From Campylobacterota bacterium (GTDB taxonomy: Bacteria > Campylobacterota > Campylobacteria > Campylobacterales > Arcobacteraceae), in assembly GCA_034717895.1 (NCBI GenBank), contig JAYEMD010000155.1:2813-66812 (forward strand): DNA of 64,000 nucleotides, given 5' to 3'. How positions within the stretch are numbered: the stretch's first letter is position 1; the number at the start of each line of letters is the position of its first letter. Positions 58,549-64,000 of this stretch are shown piece by piece. The position numbers and the translations under genes were made by a program. The notes beneath the pieces are model-generated. The model saw only the letters and a program-made list of their open reading frames with translations. It searched no databases and was not told the DNA's origin.

Positions 58549-59372
58549 TGCAGGTAAAATTAGCTTTATCTTACGGTTTTTGTTTTGGTGTAAAAAGGGC
58601 AATTAAAATTGCTCAAGAGCATCAAAATTCAGCTACTATGGGTCCGCTTATACATAATCAAAAAGAGATAGACAGACTTAAAAATGATTATAATGTAGGA
58701 CTTTATAACTCTATAGATGAAGCTAAACCAAATGATACGGTTATCATTAGAACACACGGTATACCAAAGGATGATCTTCAAGAACTAAAATTAAAAGATA
58801 CCAAGGTTATCAACGCAACCTGTCCATTTGTAACAACCCCTCAGCAGATTGTAAAAAAGATGTCAGATGAAAAATACTCTGTGGTTATATTCGGCGATGA
58901 AAATCACCCGGAAGTAAAGGGTGTAAAAAGTTACGGCGATGATGTGCATGTGGTATTGAGATCTGAGCAGTTGGATAAAATAGACTTTAAATATGATAAA
59001 ATTGCTACCGTTGCTCAAACCACCAGAAAAAAACATGATTATTTAAATGTTGTAAATAAACTACTTCTTAAATTTAAAGAGGTAAGGGTATTTGATACAA
59101 TATGTGACGCGACTTTTGAAAATCAAGCAGCAACAAAAGAGTTGGCGCAAGAGGTTGATATTATGATTGTAATAGGCGGCAAAAACTCATCAAACACTAA
59201 ACAGCTTTTGAATATAGCAAAAGAGAATTGTGAAGAAAGCTACTTAATAGAAGATAAAACAGAATTGGATCATAATTGGTTTAAAAATAAAATAATTTGC
59301 GGTATAGCCGCAGGAGCTTCTACACCTGATTGGATCATTCAGCAGGTTATCGATAAACTTGAAAAAATATAA
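58548..59372 (+). CDS. ispH: 4-hydroxy-3-methylbut-2-enyl diphosphate reductase
   Basis: GFCFGVKRAI, ATCPFV, and VIGGKNSSNT motifs. TAATG overlap with aroA. Confidence 0.95.
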   Translation: MQVKLALSYGFCFGVKRAIKIAQEHQNSATMGPLIHNQKEIDRLKNDYNVGLYNSIDEAKPNDTVIIRTHGIPKDDLQELKLKDTKVINATCPFVTTPQQIVKKMSDEKYSVVIFGDENHPEVKGVKSYGDDVHVVLRSEQLDKIDFKYDKIATVAQTTRKKHDYLNVVNKLLLKFKEVRVFDTICDATFENQAATKELAQEVDIMIVIGGKNSSNTKQLLNIAKENCEESYLIEDKTELDHNWFKNKIICGIAAGASTPDWIIQQVIDKLEKI

Positions 59373-59474
59373 CAAACAACTAAATTAATCACTTTAAGCT
59401 TTACTTTATAAAATATAAAGTCTACTTTAGATATAATGAGCAAATTAAATTTATATAAGGGTAGGCAAGACGCA

Positions 59475-61133
59475 ATGAAATTTGAAGATTTTGAAATCGA
59501 AGGTGAAGACTTCGCAACATTACTGGAGGAAAGTGAAAAGAAAACAGAAACTAACCAAATAGTAGACGGTGTAATCGTTGAGATGAACGACATGGGAGCA
59601 TTAGTAGATATAGGACAAAAGAGTGAAGGTAAACTTAATATCTCTGAGATCACTATCAATGGTGAAGTTCAGTACAAAGTCGGTGATACTATTAAAGTTA
59701 TGATCACTTCAAACAGAGGTGAAAGACCGGGAATATCTTACAAAAAAGTTTTACAAAAAGAACAATTCGATACTTTCTTTAAAGAGCATGGTGAAGAACC
59801 TGAAAACCTAGTTGTTGAGGGAACTGTTGTTTCTGTTAAGCCAAGAGCAGGTTTTGTAGTACAAGGTGAAGAGGGTATAGAATACTTTATGCCGATGGCA
59901 CAAGGTTTCTTAAAAGCTCACGGTGCAGTTGGTAAGAAAATAAAAGCAGCAGTATTAAAAGTTAAACCGGAAACAAACAGTATCGTTATCTCAAGAAGAA
60001 AACTTATTGAAGAGTCTCAAAAGAATAAAGAAGAGAAAATCAATGAGCTTATGAAAGAAAATACACCAAAAACCGGAACGATTAAGAAGATCACTAGTTA
60101 CGGTATGTTTGTAGACTTAGGTGGAATTGACGGTTTAGTTAACTACAACGAGATCAGTTACAAAGGTCCTGTTAATCCATCATCTTACTACAAAGAGGGT
60201 GAAGAGGTTGTTGTTGTTATCAAATCATTTGATAAAGAAAAAGGACACTTGTCTTTATCTATAAAAGATGCACTTCCTAATCCATGGGAAGAGATGAGAG
60301 ACGAATTAGAAGTTGGCGATACAATTACGGTAACAGTTTCTAACTTTGAGTCTTACGGAGCATTTGTTGATCTTGGAAACGATATTGAAGGTCTTTTACA
60401 TATCTCTGAGATCTCTTGGAATAAAAATGTTAAAAATCCAAAAGACTATTTAGAGATAGGACAAGAGATCAATGTTGAAGTTATAGATCTTGACTGTGAC
60501 AAAAGAAGATTAAGAGTTAGTCTTAAATCACTTCTTCCAAAACCGTTCCAAACATTTATCAAAGAGCATAAAGTAGGTGATGTTATAAAAGGAAAAGTAG
60601 CGACTTTAACTGACTTCGGTGCATTTATAAACTTAGGTGACGTAGACGGATTATTACACAATGAAGAAGCTTCTTGGGATGGTAGTGCAAAATGTAAAGC
60701 TATTTACAAGAAAAATGATGAAGTTGAAGTTAAGATCATTAAAATAGATACAGATAAAGAGAATATCTCTTTAAGTATTAAAGCTTTACAAGATTCTCCT
60801 GCACAAAAATTCGAAAGTGAACATAAGCCCGGTGATATCATAAAGTCAACTATCAAAGATGTTAAAGATTTCGGTGTATTTGTTAAATTAGCAGATAACC
60901 TAGACGGACTTATCAGAAAAGAAGATATGGTAAAAGATGAATCTGAAGAAGAGGCTGAATTAAAAGTCGGTGATGAGATTGAAGCTGTTGTAGTAAATAT
61001 CGACAAGCCGAGAAACAGAGTAAGATTATCTGTAAGAAGACTTGCAGCTCAAAAAGAAAGAGATGTTTTAAAATCAGTAAATGACAACTCATCAATGACT
61101 CTTGGTGATGCATTAGCCGGACAATTAAAATAA
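59475..61133 (+). CDS. rpsA: 30S ribosomal protein S1
   Basis: Six S1 repeats. The ATG at 59475 is preferred because a TATAAT hexamer (59432-59437) overlaps the listed ATG at 59436. The start remains uncertain. Confidence 0.88.
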   Translation: MKFEDFEIEGEDFATLLEESEKKTETNQIVDGVIVEMNDMGALVDIGQKSEGKLNISEITINGEVQYKVGDTIKVMITSNRGERPGISYKKVLQKEQFDTFFKEHGEEPENLVVEGTVVSVKPRAGFVVQGEEGIEYFMPMAQGFLKAHGAVGKKIKAAVLKVKPETNSIVISRRKLIEESQKNKEEKINELMKENTPKTGTIKKITSYGMFVDLGGIDGLVNYNEISYKGPVNPSSYYKEGEEVVVVIKSFDKEKGHLSLSIKDALPNPWEEMRDELEVGDTITVTVSNFESYGAFVDLGNDIEGLLHISEISWNKNVKNPKDYLEIGQEINVEVIDLDCDKRRLRVSLKSLLPKPFQTFIKEHKVGDVIKGKVATLTDFGAFINLGDVDGLLHNEEASWDGSAKCKAIYKKNDEVEVKIIKIDTDKENISLSIKALQDSPAQKFESEHKPGDIIKSTIKDVKDFGVFVKLADNLDGLIRKEDMVKDESEEEAELKVGDEIEAVVVNIDKPRNRVRLSVRRLAAQKERDVLKSVNDNSSMTLGDALAGQLK

Positions 61134-61153
61134 TATAAGAGTTGGAGAAAACA

Positions 61154-62740
61154 ATGAATAAACCTACAGTTGTAGTATGTGACCATATCCACGAAAGTGG
61201 ATTGGAGATACTTCAGAACACTAGTGATATTAATTATGTATATGCAGCAGATATTGATAAAACTGCTCTTTTAGATGTAGTAAAAGATGCTGACGTATGT
61301 ATCACAAGAAGTTCAACCGATATTGATGAAAAGTTTTTAAATGCAGCCCTAAATCTTAAAGCTGTTGTAAGAGCAGGTGTCGGTGTTGATAATGTAGATA
61401 TGGATGGATGTAGTAAAAGAGGTGTTATAGCTATGAACGTTCCTACGGCAAATACAATTGCCGCTACGGAACTTACTATGACACATATGCTTTCTTGTAT
61501 GAGAAAGATGCCTTATGCCCATTCTCAACTAAAAGATCAAAGAATCTGGAAAAGAGAAGATTGGTACGGTCAAGAGTTATACGGTAAAAAACTAGGTGTT
61601 ATCGGATTTGGTAATATTGGACACAGAGTTGCTCTTAGAGCAAAATCTTTTGAGATGGATGTAGTAACTTACGACCCTTATATACCATCTTCAAAAGCTA
61701 CTGATCTTGGTGTTGAATATACAACAAATTTTGATGATATTCTAGCATGTGATATCATCACTATCCACACACCTAAAAACAGTGAAACTTTAAATATGAT
61801 CGATGAAGAGCAGATTGCTCGGATGAAAGACGGTGTTATTTTAATTAACTGTGCAAGAGGTGGTTTATATAATGAAGATGCATTATATAATAATCTAAAA
61901 AGCGGTAAAATAGCAATGGCAGGAATTGACGTATTTGCTAAAGAACCGGCTACTGATCATCCCCTTCTTGATCTTAACAATATTACGGTTACGGCACACC
62001 TTGGAGCAAATACTGTAGAGTCTCAGTATAAAATTGCTACTCAAGCAGCAAATAATGCTATTAAGTCAGCAAGAGGTGTAGGTTATCCTCATGCATTAAA
62101 TCTTCCTATAGATGAAACAAAAATACCTACATTTGTTAAGCCCTATTTAGAGCTTACTCAAAAAATGGCATTTTTAATTGCTCAGATGGATAAAAGTGCA
62201 ATAGAATCTATAAAAGTAGAAGCTGAAGGTGAAATAGCAGAATATTTAGACAGTTTATCAACATTTGCCGTAGTTGGAGCATTGACGCATAGTTTAAGTA
62301 ATGAAAAGATCAATTACGTAAATGCAACATTTGTAGCAGAAGAGAGAGGAATTAAAGTTGATTCTTCAGAACACTCGAATACTAGCCCTTATAAAAATCA
62401 AGTGTCTGTTAAAATAACAACTACAAACGGTGTAAATATGACATGTGGTACTATCTTTGAAGAGGAAGTACAAAGAATAGTCAAGATCAATGATTATTTA
62501 ATGGATATAGAACCGGCAGGTAAAATGATACTTTTAACTAATTCTGATGTTCCCGGAGTGATCGGTAAAGTCGGTACAACTTTATCAGATGAAGGGATCA
62601 ATATCTCTGACTTTAGACTAGGAAGAAGCAAAGACGGTGCTCTTGCAGTTATCTTGGTTGATGAGAATGTATCTGACGATACATTGAAAAAACTAGAAAA
62701 TTTAGAAGCAGCAAGATCTGTTTCATACGCACAAATATAA
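61154..62740 (+). CDS. serA: D-3-phosphoglycerate dehydrogenase (long form with ACT domain)
   Basis: The ATG at 61154 is preferred (GGAG 6 nt upstream) over the listed TTG at 61142. NAD motif GVIGFGNIGHRVA. C-terminal ACT region. Confidence 0.93.
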   Translation: MNKPTVVVCDHIHESGLEILQNTSDINYVYAADIDKTALLDVVKDADVCITRSSTDIDEKFLNAALNLKAVVRAGVGVDNVDMDGCSKRGVIAMNVPTANTIAATELTMTHMLSCMRKMPYAHSQLKDQRIWKREDWYGQELYGKKLGVIGFGNIGHRVALRAKSFEMDVVTYDPYIPSSKATDLGVEYTTNFDDILACDIITIHTPKNSETLNMIDEEQIARMKDGVILINCARGGLYNEDALYNNLKSGKIAMAGIDVFAKEPATDHPLLDLNNITVTAHLGANTVESQYKIATQAANNAIKSARGVGYPHALNLPIDETKIPTFVKPYLELTQKMAFLIAQMDKSAIESIKVEAEGEIAEYLDSLSTFAVVGALTHSLSNEKINYVNATFVAEERGIKVDSSEHSNTSPYKNQVSVKITTTNGVNMTCGTIFEEEVQRIVKINDYLMDIEPAGKMILLTNSDVPGVIGKVGTTLSDEGINISDFRLGRSKDGALAVILVDENVSDDTLKKLENLEAARSVSYAQI

Positions 62741-62844
62741 TTTAGGTGAATTAGAAAATAAGTAAAACTTACTTGTTTTCTGATGAAAATATAGCTTGTG
62801 TATTTTTCACCAGCGAAATTTATAAAATGACGGAGTAACAAAAT

Positions 62845-63405
62845 ATGGCATTAGGTATGAGTGATTTAAAAAAAGGTCTTAAAATAGAACTTGACGGTAT
62901 TCCATACAAAATTGTAGAATATGCACATGTAAAGCCCGGTAAAGGTGCAGCATTTGTAAGATGTAAAATTAGAAACTATCTAAATGGAAAAACTATTGAA
63001 AAAACTTTCCATGCAGGTGATAAGTTTGAAGCACCTGATCTTCAACAAAAAACTATGCAGTTTTTATATGATGACGGTGAATTTTTACAATTTATGGATC
63101 TTGAAACGTATGATCAAATCGGTCTTACTTCTGATCAAGTCGGTGATGCGGAAAAATGGATCATTGACAGTATGAATGTTGATATGATGTTCTATAACGG
63201 TGAAGCTATAACAGTTGAGCCTCCAATGACAGTTGAACTAAAGATCGTTGAAACACCACCTAATTTTAAAGGTGACTCACAAGGCGGTAAAAAGCCTGCA
63301 ACCTTAGAATCTGGTGCAGTTGTTCAAATCCCTTTCCATTTAGTTGAAGGTGATATGATCAAATGTGATACAAGAACAGGTGAATACCTAGAAAAAGTAA
63401 AATAG
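62845..63405 (+). CDS. efp: Elongation factor P
   Basis: [34 protein letters not shown] is the canonical EF-P N-terminus. Confidence 0.96.
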   Translation: MALGMSDLKKGLKIELDGIPYKIVEYAHVKPGKGAAFVRCKIRNYLNGKTIEKTFHAGDKFEAPDLQQKTMQFLYDDGEFLQFMDLETYDQIGLTSDQVGDAEKWIIDSMNVDMMFYNGEAITVEPPMTVELKIVETPPNFKGDSQGGKKPATLESGAVVQIPFHLVEGDMIKCDTRTGEYLEKVK

Positions 63406-63406
63406 T

Positions 63407-63446
63407 AAGCTTTTCGCCGATAATCGGCGAATAAGCTCTGTTTTCA
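63407..63446 (+). terminator. Rho-independent terminator of efp
   Basis: TTCGCCGA-taa-TCGGCGAA (8-bp stem), extended by AGCTT/AAGCT with a 1-nt bulge, then cTGTTTTc. Confidence 0.75.
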
Positions 63447-63725
63447 TCAGTCATTTACTGACGTAAACTCCTTCTTCAAACAAATCTTCTTCTTGATTCT
63501 CGACAAAAATCTCACTATTTTATAAAAATTAACGGAAATTTAATATCCCCCTATTTATGTTCCTTTTATATATAACAAAGGATATAGATGAAAATAGAAA
63601 GATTGATAATAGTATGGACAATATTACAAACTGTAGTAAGTAGTAAAGAAGAACTAATACTTATATTAAATATTTATTAAGGTTAATATTAGATATAATT
63701 CCAAAATTTTTTTTACAGGACAACT

Positions 63726-64000
63726 ATGCAAAAAGAACTTATTATATTTGATATGGACGGTACACTTATAGACAGTGGTAATGTTATTACAAATACTATT
63801 AATTATGTTAGAACTAATATAGGTCTATCTTCAATACCTAAAGAGGATATGTTACATCAATTAAACAATCCTGATATAAATGCTGCTGAGTATTTTTACG
63901 GTACTAAAGAGTTTACATCTGAACAAACCAAACTTTTTGGTGAGTATTATGACAAAAACTGCATAAGTGATATTGTACTTTATGACGGTATAAAAGAGAT
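63726..64000 (+). CDS. HAD-superfamily hydrolase, 3'-truncated by the window edge
   Basis: Not in the ORF track because it runs off the window. ATG at 63726 with an AGGA RBS. MQKELIIFDMDGTLIDSG is HAD motif I. Confidence 0.65.
   Translation, partial: MQKELIIFDMDGTLIDSGNVITNTINYVRTNIGLSSIPKEDMLHQLNNPDINAAEYFYGTKEFTSEQTKLFGEYYDKNCISDIVLYDGIKE

Noticed and set aside
59436-59474. The listed start (ATG 59436) of rpsA
   Set aside because: The ATG overlaps a TATAAT -10 hexamer (59432-59437), and the extra 13 residues are not S1-like, so ATG 59475 is preferred. This is an inference and needs TSS mapping.

Overview
This window is an AT-rich, very gene-dense chromosomal segment of about 70 CDS, most likely from a Campylobacterota (epsilonproteobacterial) genome. 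The assignment rests on gene order that, as I recall it, matches Helicobacter/Campylobacter: porGDAB, rplI-hslV-hslU, tatD-mltD-rlpA, coaE-speE-like, pheS-pheT-aroA-ispH-rpsA-serA, and htrA followed by an OmpR-type two-component pair. The content is almost entirely housekeeping. It covers DNA ligase, four-subunit pyruvate:ferredoxin oxidoreductase, ribosomal proteins, fatty-acid synthesis (fabG-acpP-fabF-accA), HslVU, cell-wall lytic transglycosylases, hisB-kdsC-lptC-lptA-engB, alaS, rnhA, nadK, recN, purM and efp. I saw no rRNA, tRNA, CRISPR array, transposase, integrase or prophage signature. Genes are frequently coupled by 1-4 nt overlaps (TAATG, GTGA, TTGA), and several convergent gene pairs abut or overlap with no room for a terminator. 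I did not find an unambiguous new multi-gene system such as a defence island. The most interesting candidates are these. (1) A response regulator with REC-PAS-long coiled coil and no output domain is translationally coupled to an 85-aa HTH protein. Directly downstream lies an exactly 11-bp-phased array of GGTTACA direct repeats in front of a PiT phosphate transporter. (2) Two tandem coiled-coil-headed outer-membrane porin paralogues sit next to a small secreted 3-Cys protein that lacks a CXXCH motif. (3) A pair of tiny proteins have prepilin-like N-termini, with no pilus or T2SS machinery nearby. (4) A three-gene cluster after alaS ends in a LapB-like TPR/rubredoxin protein, and its first gene seems to need an AUU start. 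(5) Several divergent versions of known proteins occur: a DksA-like protein with an intact DxxDxA tip but a lost zinc finger, a short NFACT/RqcH-like protein, a Helicobacter-type degenerate SpeE, a CetAB-like split energy-taxis receptor, and a TlpD-like CZB chemoreceptor. All family assignments come from motif recognition by eye and need HMM or BLAST confirmation.
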